In this document: positions 25,850 to 36,081 of the stretch, piece by piece
Layout of the letters: every line of letters begins with the position of its first letter
Numbering within the stretch: the stretch's first letter is position 1
Assembly: GCA_037308085.1 (NCBI GenBank)
Contig: CP147779.1
Span: forward strand, 2,336,001-2,400,000
DNA length: 64,000 bases
From: Promethearchaeati archaeon SRVP18_Atabeyarchaeia-1
GTDB taxonomy: Archaea > Asgardarchaeota > Atabeyarchaeia > Atabeyarchaeales > Atabeyarchaeaceae
Reading direction: 5' to 3'
Translations under genes and position numbers: made by a program
Notes under the pieces: model-generated
Told to the model about the DNA's origin: nothing
Seen by the model: the letters and a program-made list of their open reading frames with translations, nothing else
The model's database searches: none

Positions 25850-26691
25850 ATCGCAAAGCGTTCAGAAGAATCAAGAATCTAATGATGATTTCACTCTGCT
25901 TTCTCGCTCTTATAATCGCACTAATTCCGCTTATCAGCATTCTATGGGAGACCGTTACGAGAGGAGCCCCAGCGCTGAACCTGAACTTCATCTTTCAGGA
26001 GCTACCGCCTCTAGGTCAGGCAGGCGGCGGAATCGGTCCGGCAATTGAGGGAACGCTGGTAATCGTAGGGCTCGCCTCCCTGATCGGCGTACCCATCGGA
26101 GTTGTATCTGGTATATTCCTAGCAGAATTTCCCAACAATAGGCTTGCGTCGGTCGCGAGATTCTTTACTGATGTCCTAACTAACATGCCTTCCATAGTCA
26201 TCGGCATACTTGGATGGGCACTCATAGTAATCGTAATTGGGTGGTCTGTGCTTGCAGGTGCCGTTGCCCTGGCAATAATGATGATTCCAATAGTAACAAG
26301 AACTACGGAAGAAGCAATCAAACTGGTCCCTGCCTCTATGAGGGAAGCAGCAATAGCACTGGGCATCCCGCAATGGAAGGCCTCAACGACCGTCGTCTTG
26401 AGTAGCGCTAAGAAGGGGATAGCAACGGGCGCTCTGCTTGCCGTTGCGAGGATTTCCGGTGAGACTGCTCCACTCCTCTTGACCATTCTGGGAAGTAGAT
26501 TCTGGCTTAGCGGGCTTACTGAACCTGCTACAGCTTTACCGCTAGCAATATACAACTTTTCAGGATCCCCCTACGGGGTTGACTTGGCGAGAGCATGGGG
26601 TGCGTCTCTGATCCTGATACTAATCGTTCTCTCAATCAGCGTCGTCGTGAGATACTTCACAAGAGAAAAATATGGAGGAGCAAACAGATGA
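25846..26691 (+). CDS. pstA: Phosphate ABC transporter permease
   Basis: [35 protein letters not shown]. Confidence 0.95.
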   Translation: MNRKAFRRIKNLMMISLCFLALIIALIPLISILWETVTRGAPALNLNFIFQELPPLGQAGGGIGPAIEGTLVIVGLASLIGVPIGVVSGIFLAEFPNNRLASVARFFTDVLTNMPSIVIGILGWALIVIVIGWSVLAGAVALAIMMIPIVTRTTEEAIKLVPASMREAAIALGIPQWKASTTVVLSSAKKGIATGALLAVARISGETAPLLLTILGSRFWLSGLTEPATALPLAIYNFSGSPYGVDLARAWGASLILILIVLSISVVVRYFTREKYGGANR

Positions 26692-27446
26692 GTTACAAGG
26701 TTGAAATCCAAGCCTTAAGTGCTTGGTTTGGGGAGCACAAGGTTCTAAAAGACGTGAACATGAGCGTGAGAGCAAACGCCGTCACAGCCATAATAGGTCC
26801 TTCCGGATGTGGGAAAACCACTTTCATAAGGTGCCTAAACAGAATGCATGAGCTTGTCCCAGGAGCGCGGGTCTCCGGAGCAGTTCTTCTGGACGGCGAA
26901 GACATCTATAGCAATGGCACGGACCCTGTCACAATAAGAAGAAGGGTCGGGATGGTTTTCCAGAAGCCAAATCCATTCCCCATGATGTCTGTCTACGACA
27001 ACGTCGCTGCTGGCTTGAAGCTGAACGGAGTGGGTGACAAGAAGAGGCTGGATCGGATAGTTGAGAGAACTCTTAAGCTGGCAAATCTCTGGGATGAGGT
27101 CAAGGATGAATTAGAGAAATCGGGCGCCAGTCTATCCGGTGGACAGCAACAGAGACTGTGCATTGCAAGAGCGCTGGCCGTGGAGCCGGAACTCCTCCTG
27201 ATGGATGAGCCATGTTCAGCTCTTGACCCTTCTGCGACCTCAAGAATAGAGAACCTGATACGCCAGCTCAGAAAGAACTACACTGTAGTCATAGTCACGC
27301 ACAATATGCAGCAAGCTGCCCGAGTGTCTGACTTCACAGGTTTTCTCTATTTGGGAAAACTCGTCGAGTACGGAGATACAAGAATGATCTTCGAGAACCC
27401 CAAGAACAAACTTACAGAGAATTATATCACGGGGAGATTCGGTTAG
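26688..27446 (+). CDS. pstB: Phosphate ABC transporter ATPase
   Basis: [46 protein letters not shown]; start at ATG 26688 overlapping the pstA stop. Confidence 0.96.
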   Translation: MSYKVEIQALSAWFGEHKVLKDVNMSVRANAVTAIIGPSGCGKTTFIRCLNRMHELVPGARVSGAVLLDGEDIYSNGTDPVTIRRRVGMVFQKPNPFPMMSVYDNVAAGLKLNGVGDKKRLDRIVERTLKLANLWDEVKDELEKSGASLSGGQQQRLCIARALAVEPELLLMDEPCSALDPSATSRIENLIRQLRKNYTVVIVTHNMQQAARVSDFTGFLYLGKLVEYGDTRMIFENPKNKLTENYITGRFG

Positions 27447-27456
27447 GTGAGAAAAT

Positions 27457-28098
27457 ATGAGCAGACTAATCGACGATGGATTGAAACAACTCTCCAATCT
27501 CCTAGGCAAGATGGGTGAGTTGACCGAAAAGACAGTCTCACTTTCATTCGACGTAAGCACAAGAGGAGTAGACTCCGCTGATAGGGTTAGGGTGTACTCT
27601 GAAACGCTAATCTCCTCAAGCGAAGAGATCGAGGAGAAGTCGACCGAAGTTATTGCGAGATATCAACCCGTGGCCTCTGATCTGAGAACCATAAGGGCTT
27701 ACATGAAGATCGCATACGACCTTGCTAGAATCGGCAGATATGCATGGGACATATCATTCATCTACAAGAGATTCAACATTAGCTTCGAAGAGTGTTCACT
27801 TCCCTGGTTACCCTTGACGGAAATGATGAAAGAAGCGCAGAAGATAATTCAAATGAGCGTCGAGGCGATTACAAGAAAGGACTTGAAGCTCGCTAGGAAA
27901 ATAGGCGAAATTGAGAGCGGAATTGATAAGATGTATATCGACTCCCTGAACAAGCTTGTTGATCAAGCACCAATCAAAACCAAATGCGTAGTCGCAAATC
28001 TCCTATTCGTGCGGCATCTTGAGAGAATCGCTGACCACGCGGCTTACATAGGGGAATCAGTAATATATCTCGTTACGGGTGAACGCGCCAACTTGTGA
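27457..28098 (+). CDS. phoU: Phosphate signalling protein PhoU
   Basis: ARYQPVASDLR, LERIADHA; directly after pstB. Confidence 0.92.
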   Translation: MSRLIDDGLKQLSNLLGKMGELTEKTVSLSFDVSTRGVDSADRVRVYSETLISSSEEIEEKSTEVIARYQPVASDLRTIRAYMKIAYDLARIGRYAWDISFIYKRFNISFEECSLPWLPLTEMMKEAQKIIQMSVEAITRKDLKLARKIGEIESGIDKMYIDSLNKLVDQAPIKTKCVVANLLFVRHLERIADHAAYIGESVIYLVTGERANL

Positions 28099-28832
28099 CG
28101 GAACCTAGAGCTGGAAAAGCTGCCATCAGAAAGCATGGGGTGTTTCACTTGAAGTATGAAGCCATAATCTTGTGTGGTGGAGAAGGCTGGAGACTGAAGC
28201 CAGATGAATGGACGCCCAAGCCTTTGCTGAAAATCACCGAAACCGAGAGTCTGTTGGACATGCAGGTGCGCTGGCTCGTAGATAATGGATTCGACAACAT
28301 TGTGCTTGCATCAAATCGCTCCTTTCCAGAGTCAGATATGTTCACGAGCCGAAAGGTTCAGATGTGCACAGAGCGGAAAAAGCTGGGGACTGGAGGCGCG
28401 GTAAAGAGGGCAGCCGTTCTCATCGACACCGACAGATTCTATGTGATGAACGTTGATGACGTGGCTTTCTATGACCCGAGAACGCTCTATGACAGGGCTA
28501 CGACTGGCGCTGCAATACTCTTGGCAAAACCTAGGCTGCCCTTCGGGAAGGTAACTCTACAAGGAGACGACATAGTTAAAGGCTTTGAGCACCGCCCTAT
28601 TCTCGACATGTGGGTCAGCGCAGGGCACTACGTCTTCTCCAGCGGAATAGTGGAAAAGTACTTCCCCGCCTATGGAGACTTTGAGCACACGGCAATGCAG
28701 CAGATTGCAGGAGATAATCTTCTGCGGGGCCTCAAGTACCCGGGAGACTGGCTGACCCTAAACACTGCAAAAGACCTGATCGCAATCCAGGAATACATGA
28801 AGAATATGAAGGTCTCAAGGAAGCATGGATGA
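28095..28832 (+). CDS. Sugar-phosphate nucleotidyltransferase family protein
   Basis: AIILCGGEGWRL, PKPLL, LGTGGAV, VMNVDD; start may be later (about 28149). Confidence 0.85.
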   Translation: MTEPRAGKAAIRKHGVFHLKYEAIILCGGEGWRLKPDEWTPKPLLKITETESLLDMQVRWLVDNGFDNIVLASNRSFPESDMFTSRKVQMCTERKKLGTGGAVKRAAVLIDTDRFYVMNVDDVAFYDPRTLYDRATTGAAILLAKPRLPFGKVTLQGDDIVKGFEHRPILDMWVSAGHYVFSSGIVEKYFPAYGDFEHTAMQQIAGDNLLRGLKYPGDWLTLNTAKDLIAIQEYMKNMKVSRKHG

Positions 28833-28838
28833 AAAAAC

Positions 28839-29210
28839 TCAAGTCACGTATGATTCTATGAGTGGCTTTCCGCCCTTTCTTCTCCGCTCCCTCTCGCGTT
28901 CTTCTGAGTCGATATACGCCTTCAGTTCTACCATAATCCCCTCAACGATCTTCTCTAAGCGCTCGTGATTCTTCTCTTTCTCATCCTTGAGTACCTTCCC
29001 CAGATCCTCGCAAGGGTACTCGGCGCCCCCAGCGAGAGCAAAGATCTGCCTGAATCTAAGAAGCAAGTAGTCTTCAATACGCTTTCGCATATGAGGCTCA
29101 AGGTCCTCAATTCTCTCTGCAAAGAAGATGGAGGTGTACTTGTTGATCAGATCACCTATAACAAGAAGAGACTCGTTACTCAAGGCTCCTCTGTCCTCTC
29201 TCTCCCACAC
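28839..29210 (-). CDS. Hypothetical helical protein
   Basis: ORF with protein-like composition, convergent on the pst operon; start uncertain. Confidence 0.55.
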   Translation of the reverse strand: MWEREDRGALSNESLLVIGDLINKYTSIFFAERIEDLEPHMRKRIEDYLLLRFRQIFALAGGAEYPCEDLGKVLKDEKEKNHERLEKIVEGIMVELKAYIDSEERERERRRKGGKPLIESYVT

Positions 29211-29280
29211 GGGAATGCTATCAGGAAAAGATCACTCTACTCTAATATTAGCTAGAGTTCAGATATATATCTGCCGAGAA

Positions 29281-29348
29281 GGTTCCGTTAGGCGCACACA
29301 TAAGAACCTTCCATATGAAAACGTGCCAACCGCAAAGGTAACAGTTCC
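29281..29348 (+). mobile_element. 68-bp IS6-like MITE, copy B (uninterrupted)
   Basis: Perfect 8-bp duplication GCCGAGAA at 29273-29280 and 29349-29356; TIRs GGTTCCGTTAG / GGAACTGTTAC; 56/68 identical, without gaps, to reconstructed copy A. Confidence 0.85.
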
Positions 29349-29517
29349 GCCGAGAACAAAGCCACGCGTAGGGTCCCAGGGGCACGCTTTCTCTCAGCCC
29401 TCCCACCCCGTTGCACAAGTTGAGGCAGACAAGAGAGTTGCCACAGAACCGGAACTGATAAGAATGTGAAAAACCTGGATCATCCGGTTACCGAGTGTTC
29501 CAGGGGATATGTCTACT

Positions 29518-30261
29518 TCAGGTGAGCGTTTTCGTCAATCTCACCTTATCCGAGCCTTCCCTGGCGATTATCCCTTTTTGTTCAAGGGACAGAATCGTCC
29601 TGACTGCCAGCGCCGGTGGAACTTTCGTGGCTTTCTTGAGTTCCTCGATGGAGGCGACGCCGTCTCCTTTGACCAATCCAGCGATTATGGAGATCTCTGC
29701 CGGCTCCTGTGTTGCTTCAGTAAGCAGAAATTCAGCTACTGGTTCCCTCTCGACCAGCTCCTTTATCTTCTTTTGAGCCTCCTCGAATCCCGCTCTTCTT
29801 TCTTGAAATTCCTTCTCGTTGGACGCTCTTGTCTTCTCGATGCCAGTTTCAACTTCATTGATGGCGCTTTCCAGTTTTTCGCTTTCCAGTTTCACGGTTT
29901 CCATCTTGGCCTTGTATTGCTTGAGCGTATCCTCTGTCCTCAACAGCTCCTTTGAGGTGGAACTATTCTCTGAGGTCAGTGAGGATATCTTTCTCTCCAG
30001 CTCCTTTACTTGTTGCTCAGACGAGTTTATGATCGATCTTAGACTCTGCTTCTTCTCCTCAAGTTTGGCAATGCTCTCATCATGTGTAGCTATTCTCCGG
30101 TCAGCCTCCTGTAATTGGACATCAATCTTCTCAGCTGTCTCGAGTATGGTCTTGGACTCCTCAGAGAATGAATAAACGACCGCCTCTATTGATTTAGTCA
30201 GCTCAGCTATCCTTGACTCGTTCTGCTGAATGACCTCTTTCAATCTTTCAGTTTCGGACAT
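29518..30261 (-). CDS. Long coiled-coil protein with C-terminal winged helix
   Basis: About 165 aa of E/K/S-rich heptads, then ASIEELKKATKVPPALAVRTILSLEQKGII; ATG 30261 has GGAGG upstream (alternative start 30291). Confidence 0.75.
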   Translation of the reverse strand: MSETERLKEVIQQNESRIAELTKSIEAVVYSFSEESKTILETAEKIDVQLQEADRRIATHDESIAKLEEKKQSLRSIINSSEQQVKELERKISSLTSENSSTSKELLRTEDTLKQYKAKMETVKLESEKLESAINEVETGIEKTRASNEKEFQERRAGFEEAQKKIKELVEREPVAEFLLTEATQEPAEISIIAGLVKGDGVASIEELKKATKVPPALAVRTILSLEQKGIIAREGSDKVRLTKTLT

Positions 30262-30287
30262 TTTAGTGTAGCCTCCGACGTTTATTC

Positions 30288-31055
30288 TCATATTTCCAAG
30301 GGGCGAAGGACTCTCACCTCGCCTGACGTGGAGTCGTATGAAAGCACCCCTCTTCTGACGAGATTCCTTACTGTGTTCTCAATCTCGACGAGTCTCGATT
30401 GAGTCATTCTCTGAAGATGCTCCATATTCGTTGACGGCTGGCCCTCAAGGATCTCTAAGATCTTTAGTTCTGGCAGAGCTATCACCTTCTCTCTGACAAG
30501 CAGCCGCAGAGCCTTGTGATGAGCCTCCATTGCTGAGAGTTTGGTCAATGCTTCTTCGTGTGACTTTCTTAGTGAGTCTATCTCGAATTGATGCTTCTTT
30601 GCCATCGACTGCAGGTCCTGTCTGAGCTTCTCAACCTGGCGTTTCTTCTCGCCAACAGAATCTTCCAGTCCGACTAGCGCGCTGACATCTTCCGATGCCT
30701 CATTCTTCTTTTCCGCTAGCGTTTGCCTAAGCTCTTCGACTCTTGAAGACATCTGTGCGGCGTTGGAGTTCCTCTCAGAAATAGTGGACTCAAGCTGTGA
30801 GCTTCGCTTCTCGAGTTCAGCGACGTCGCCTTCAAGCTGTGCAATCTTTTTCTGCCCGTCCTCCTCGGTCTTGCCTTTGTCTTTAAGCCTGCCTTCAAGG
30901 CGTTTCACGAAATTTAATGCAGAATCTACTCCCAGCGATATGCCGGACGCCTCCCTGTCCACAAGGGCGGATAGCTCCTTCAGCAAGATCTTCTCCTTGC
31001 TAAGGGAAACTGCTAGGCTTGAACCCTCGGTCAAGATTGATCCACTCCCATTCAA
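30288..31055 (-). CDS. Long coiled-coil protein with C-terminal winged helix
   Basis: Heptad-rich body, then PELKILEIL...MEHLQRMT...IENTVRNLVRRGVL. Confidence 0.75.
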   Translation of the reverse strand: MNGSGSILTEGSSLAVSLSKEKILLKELSALVDREASGISLGVDSALNFVKRLEGRLKDKGKTEEDGQKKIAQLEGDVAELEKRSSQLESTISERNSNAAQMSSRVEELRQTLAEKKNEASEDVSALVGLEDSVGEKKRQVEKLRQDLQSMAKKHQFEIDSLRKSHEEALTKLSAMEAHHKALRLLVREKVIALPELKILEILEGQPSTNMEHLQRMTQSRLVEIENTVRNLVRRGVLSYDSTSGEVRVLRPLEI

Positions 31056-31240
31056 GAATTAGAAATTCATCTGATAAGCTATCAGATGGCAAGACTGATA
31101 TTTAAGACGCGAAGCCACGTCGGCGCGCTCGGTGTTTACCATTGCGCTTGTCGCAATCTGAGGAGTCTTCTGCTCCAGCAGAGTCACAAATGTGGTTTCG
31201 GTGTCAAAATAGAAAGAGGATTATTGGCTGACCACCCTGT

Positions 31241-31474
31241 CTAGAAGGGAACCCATTTGCTCATTAAGACACCTATGGCCCACAATACAAATGGCACTGG
31301 GAAGAGAGAGGCGATCGTAGTATTGACTTGCCCTATGGGGCTTTCACCTGCACTGATTATTGCCGCGGCAACGCTCGGGGTCGTGATGGAGATGTAAACG
31401 ACAAGGTAAGTCACCGCATAGTAAACAAGTAGTCCCAGCGTGAGTACGACCACGTGTTTCAACCACACGTTCAT
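31241..31474 (-). CDS. Small two-TM membrane protein
   Basis: Two hydrophobic helices; GGTGA upstream. Confidence 0.6.
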   Translation of the reverse strand: MNVWLKHVVVLTLGLLVYYAVTYLVVYISITTPSVAAAIISAGESPIGQVNTTIASLFPVPFVLWAIGVLMSKWVPF

Positions 31475-31731
31475 AGCTAGTTTTCACCAACTTTCTTCTT
31501 ACTGCTTAACCTCTTACCCTTGGTATCTCCAATGATATAAGTATGTTACGTATCATCTATTTAACGGCAACGCAAGGCTTGGCATCGGTCCCTAAGTGCT
31601 CGGGTATCCGGATATGTGCCATTACGTCTTGGGACGGATTTGGGAAAGACTTATATTGTTGCGCCCCTATAAATTTCCTGTGAAGCAATCGGTTACATCC
31701 ACTGCAATTAGTGAACGGATGGTAGATTGAG

Positions 31732-32439
31732 ATGGCAACTAAACCGCTGGTCATGACAATAGCAATTGGATTCATCAGCGTCCTACTGTTCATGATGCTC
31801 CTTACCCTGATCCAATACGTGGCCAGCGTAGGGTTTCACAGCATCTTTGAAACTCTTCCAAACGAAACAATTGAAGCGTTCTTCAGCTCGCAGGCCTTCG
31901 CGAACATCATACTCTTTGCAATCGCCTTTACTCTCATGATAGGTGTGCTTGCCCTGCTAACCCACGGAGCAATGATCAAGGCCGCAAAGAAGTTCGTCGC
32001 AGCTTACGTCGCATTCGGCGTTCTCTTATTCGTGGCGATGGGTATTGCTGGAGTAATGATAGCTCTTGTCCTGACACTGATCTCACTAATGCTCCTCTGG
32101 CAGTTTGCCCTTAAGAACGTGGTATTCAGGACGCCAGTAGCTGGCGCCGAGGAGAACACCGGCTCAGAAGGCGTCGTAGTCGACACAATAGATGACGAAC
32201 AAAATGGCAGAGCGAGAGTAGGTGACACGATATGGTGGGCAGTGTCCTCTGATGGCTCGATCATCGAGAAAGGCGAGCGAGTCCGAGTGGAAAGCACCAG
32301 CAGCGACAAGCTCACCGTGAAAGTCCGCAGAATACAAGGCAGAAGGTCAAAAGGACCTCAACGGAGGTGCCCATACTGCGGGGCTAGTTCCCCTGCCGAG
32401 GCAGACTTCTGCCCCAACTGCGGAAGATCACTGAAGTGA
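31732..32439 (+). CDS. NfeD-like membrane protein with C-terminal zinc ribbon
   Basis: Four TM segments, GSEGVVV...GRARVGDTIWWAVS...IEKGERVRV (NfeD OB fold), CPYCG...FCPNCG. Confidence 0.8.
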   Translation: MATKPLVMTIAIGFISVLLFMMLLTLIQYVASVGFHSIFETLPNETIEAFFSSQAFANIILFAIAFTLMIGVLALLTHGAMIKAAKKFVAAYVAFGVLLFVAMGIAGVMIALVLTLISLMLLWQFALKNVVFRTPVAGAEENTGSEGVVVDTIDDEQNGRARVGDTIWWAVSSDGSIIEKGERVRVESTSSDKLTVKVRRIQGRRSKGPQRRCPYCGASSPAEADFCPNCGRSLK

Positions 32440-32685
32440 CTGAAAAGTCTAGAGATACCACGCAGGGCGCCAAGCTTATCGCCTCAGCCATCAAATCGAT
32501 TCTCTTATCTCAAGGTTCTATCTCGAGACTTCTGAATCTTCCCATCCTTATTTCCGAGATTCGCTTCATTTAGCAGGACTGATTCAGGCAATTCGCCCGT
32601 ATTTCAGTTTTCCTTGAGAAGATGCCTGTTCTCACTGTTTTAACTCCCCAAGGTTTATAATTCAGTGTTGCTTATTCCGCTAAGC

Positions 32686-33378
32686 ATGAACGCAGCTGTT
32701 TTGTGTGACTTCGACGGCACCATCACCGAGGACGACGTCGCCCAACTGATCTTCGACAGATTCGGGAGCCATATATGGTGGGACATAGAAAACAGATTCA
32801 GAAGAGGAGAGATATCCTGCAAGAACGCTCTCATCGGCGAATTCAGCACAGTCAGGGCATCAAGGCAGGAGATTGAGAATTTCGTTAAGAGCAACGTTCT
32901 CATGAATAGCGATTTCAGCCGGTTCGTCGAATCGTGCAGAACCAAGAATGTGCCATTGGCCGTAGTGAGTGACGGACTCGATTTCTACATAGATCTTGTG
33001 CTGAGAGAAGTAAACTTGGACGGCGTAGAGATATACTGCAACAAAGCTGTTTTTGAGGATAACAAAGTAAGGATCAATTTCCCATATGTCAACCCGAGAT
33101 GCGACAAGTGTGGAAACTGCAAGACGCAACACCTAAAGAAGCTCAAGAGCAAGGGATACTTCGTCATGTATGTGGGAGATGGCTATAGCGACATGTGCGT
33201 CGCGAAAGAAGCGGACTTCATAATAGCCAAGAGCCACCTGCTCGATTTCTGCAGGGCGAACAAGATCGCCTGTGCGCCTTTCAGGGAGTTTGGAGAAGTC
33301 CCCGAGCTGGTCGACAAGAGGATCAAAGAGCTAAACAAGTCTCAGCCTAACAACGTTGCCCAGGCGAAGAGTGGCTGA
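32686..33378 (+). CDS. MtnX-like HAD-IB phosphatase
   Basis: CDFDGTIT, VVSDG, CGNCK, YVGDGYSD. Confidence 0.88.
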   Translation: MNAAVLCDFDGTITEDDVAQLIFDRFGSHIWWDIENRFRRGEISCKNALIGEFSTVRASRQEIENFVKSNVLMNSDFSRFVESCRTKNVPLAVVSDGLDFYIDLVLREVNLDGVEIYCNKAVFEDNKVRINFPYVNPRCDKCGNCKTQHLKKLKSKGYFVMYVGDGYSDMCVAKEADFIIAKSHLLDFCRANKIACAPFREFGEVPELVDKRIKELNKSQPNNVAQAKSG

Positions 33379-33720
33379 AAATCGGAGGCCCTCCAGTTAT
33401 CCAGTAAGCACGGTCTTTCAGCTTCTATCTCAAAAGCCGGTAACCCTCCACGGGGCTTTCAGCTTCCAGCACCGTTTTCTCTAATGGGTGAATCTCTGTC
33501 CCGCTTCGGGCAACACTGTCTTTGTTCCCGACAGATTCATGAGACTTTGATTCCACTCACGCAGCTTGCTGAGCAAGCTGCGCGCATACGAGGACCATCA
33601 TAATCTTCAAGCGACTTGGCATCTGACGCATCTACAAGCTTAACTTGGGTGTTAACTATATTCCTGTGTTGGTATTTCTCTGGTTCCGCAGAACACGCCA
33701 ATCGACGGAGGGGCACAGTT

Positions 33721-34512
33721 GTGACGAGCAGCAAGAAACCGAAATGGAGGTTCCTCGGTGTTAGTACAGATAATGGAGCCAGCAACATGGCTGTCGATGA
33801 GGCTATCATGCTGGCCCGTTCTCGCAATCTTGCCCCAAACACGGTTCGCCTCTACAGGTGGAAGCCACCTGCAGTATCGATAGGCTACTTCTTGAAAATC
33901 GACGAGGTTGCAGACCTCGACGCGTGCAGAGATTTGGGAGTGGAGGCTGTAAGGAGAATGAGTGGAGGCGGAGCGGTGTACCACTCCGAGAACGAGTTGA
34001 CCTATAGTGTCATTGTGAAGCAGGATGATCCAGTTGTTCCCGCTGACATGATCGAGCTATACAGGAGGCTCTCCAGTGCAATTGCAAGTGTGCCCCTGAA
34101 GTTGGGATTAGAAGCAAGCTTCGAGCCTGGGCATCCCGGCGTATGCCCGAACATGATCGTGGCTGGAAAAAAGATCAGTGGGAATGCGCAAGCCCGGAAA
34201 AGGGGCGTCGTACTTCAGCATGGAACACTGCTTCTCGACTGTGACCTAGCTGTAATGGCGAGAGTCCTTAGGATTCCATTTGACCTTATTGACGCGAAAG
34301 TTACGACGCTCAAGAGAGAACTCGGCGCGGATCCCGAGCGAGGGCTAGAGGCAATAGCCGACACCCAGCTGATAGAAAGCACGCTCCAAGCTGGATTCGA
34401 GGAATCACTGGGGATCAAGCTTGTCGCTGGGCAACTCAGCGAATTTGAGATTAGCGAAGCCCGGAAACTCAGAGAGAAGTACATGTCTGAAGAATGGACG
34501 AAAATGCGTTAG
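33721..34512 (+). CDS. Lipoate-protein ligase A family catalytic domain
   Basis: NMAVDEA, SIGYF, RRMSGGGAVYH, KKISGNAQ, QHGTLL; start moved to GTG 33721. Confidence 0.9.
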   Translation: MTSSKKPKWRFLGVSTDNGASNMAVDEAIMLARSRNLAPNTVRLYRWKPPAVSIGYFLKIDEVADLDACRDLGVEAVRRMSGGGAVYHSENELTYSVIVKQDDPVVPADMIELYRRLSSAIASVPLKLGLEASFEPGHPGVCPNMIVAGKKISGNAQARKRGVVLQHGTLLLDCDLAVMARVLRIPFDLIDAKVTTLKRELGADPERGLEAIADTQLIESTLQAGFEESLGIKLVAGQLSEFEISEARKLREKYMSEEWTKMR

Positions 34513-34874
34513 TCTACCACATGACGCCCTTCCCGTGATCTTCTTCTACTCCCCACGCCGACACGGGATTGCCCCTCTTCAGTTCTCCTGGTAAACCTCT
34601 TCGCTAGCCCTCGTTCCCTGAGCGAGAACGCTGCTGAGAGTGCAAGGAAGAGCGCCGCTAGAGCCATTGTAGTGTATCCAAGTTCGTTGGGGAAGTAAAA
34701 GAACGATGCAAGCAGTATGGTGAAGAAAAGCGAGATGATAAGATTGAGGGTTGCCACCAGCCTAAGCCGCTTTGCCTTTGCCCAGTACTGGTAATGCTTG
34801 GTCTGAACATGAACCGCAAAGGAGTTGGGACCGTGCAATTCGAGCTCCTTCTTGCATATTGGGCATTCAGGCAA
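34509..34874 (-). CDS. Small membrane protein with N-terminal C2H2-like zinc finger
   Basis: CPIC-x13-HVQTKH, then two TM helices. Confidence 0.6.
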   Translation of the reverse strand: MPECPICKKELELHGPNSFAVHVQTKHYQYWAKAKRLRLVATLNLIISLFFTILLASFFYFPNELGYTTMALAALFLALSAAFSLRERGLAKRFTRRTEEGQSRVGVGSRRRSREGRHVVD

Positions 34875-35012
34875 AGCGAAAAACCCCTATCGCTACCTGA
34901 TCGGCTCTATAGCGATCAGAACACCAATCCTTAATAGCATTGCTATTTATAACAAGACTTTCCCAGAATCGTATGATAAATATACGCAGACGGCACGTAG
35001 GATTTATCAGAG

Positions 35013-36050
35013 GTGAGGTGGAAGTTGAGCGAGTTAGAATTATCACTGAAGAAGCTAGTCGAGGCGATTGGAGTATCTGGTTATGAGGAAAACGTAAGAG
35101 AAACAATCCGGGAAATGCTGCCAGATGACGTTGAAGCCAAGGTTGACACGATAGGAAACCTTATCGCGTCAATTGGAAGGGCAGAACCCCACGTAATATT
35201 CATCGCCCACATGGACGAGTTGGGATACCTGGTCTCGAACATTGAGGACAACGGATTTGTCAGGTTACGGAAGGTCGGGTCACTTGACGACAGGTATATG
35301 CCAGGCAAGATCCTCCAAATCCACACCAGCAAGGGACCCGTCGAGGGCGTTATTGGCTTGCCGCCACCGCACTTGACCCTCGACCCTGAGTCGTTCAAGA
35401 AGGTCCTTCAATATCATGAGCTACTATTGGATCTCGGCACGCGATCCAAAGACGAGACTCTCAGCCTTGGCGTCAGACCGCTTGACTCCATCACACTGAA
35501 GAAGGAGCTGAGAGTGATAAATGGGGTCTTCTTCTGCTGCAGAAGCATTGATGATAGGTTCGGATGTCTGGCGCTCATCGAAGCCCTGAAGAGGCTTAAC
35601 TCCAGACGACCAGAGCGGAAGCTGACCTTCATATGGAGCGTCCAGGAAGAGACGGGCTTAGGCGGAGCCAAGGTCATCGCCAATACCATAAAAGCCGACA
35701 AGGCGATCGCCGTAGACTCATACCCGTCGGGAGACGCGCCTCTCACACAGTTCCACCTCGCACCCAACCGGCTAGGAGATGGCCCGGTGCTCAGAGTAGT
35801 CGACTACGGTGCGACTGCTAATCCAGTAATGGTTGAACGCGTCAAGAAGATAGCGAAGAAACATGACGTGCCACTTGGTGCTGGACCAACAGGTGGATAC
35901 ACAGATGGATCAGTGCTGCAGGAAAAAGGCATCCCTATGGTTCCCATCACAATTCCGGTAAGGTACATGCATTCTCCGGTTGAGATGTGTCACCGCAAGG
36001 ATCTCGAGAACCTCATCGATCTTCTAACTTTCGTTGCAGCTGAAATCTGA
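35013..36050 (+). CDS. M42 family (TET-type) aminopeptidase
   Basis: GVSGYE, AHMDELG, IDDRFG, VQEETG, GYTDG, RYMHSPVE. Confidence 0.93.
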   Translation: MRWKLSELELSLKKLVEAIGVSGYEENVRETIREMLPDDVEAKVDTIGNLIASIGRAEPHVIFIAHMDELGYLVSNIEDNGFVRLRKVGSLDDRYMPGKILQIHTSKGPVEGVIGLPPPHLTLDPESFKKVLQYHELLLDLGTRSKDETLSLGVRPLDSITLKKELRVINGVFFCCRSIDDRFGCLALIEALKRLNSRRPERKLTFIWSVQEETGLGGAKVIANTIKADKAIAVDSYPSGDAPLTQFHLAPNRLGDGPVLRVVDYGATANPVMVERVKKIAKKHDVPLGAGPTGGYTDGSVLQEKGIPMVPITIPVRYMHSPVEMCHRKDLENLIDLLTFVAAEI

Positions 36051-36081
36051 AAAGACCAGAATAGGAGGTTGCGGATAGCAG

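Noticed and set aside
29287-29330. GTTAGGC...GCCAAC as an integron attC site
   Set aside because: Core sites are in the wrong order and there is no integrase; TIR plus 8-bp duplication explains the sequence
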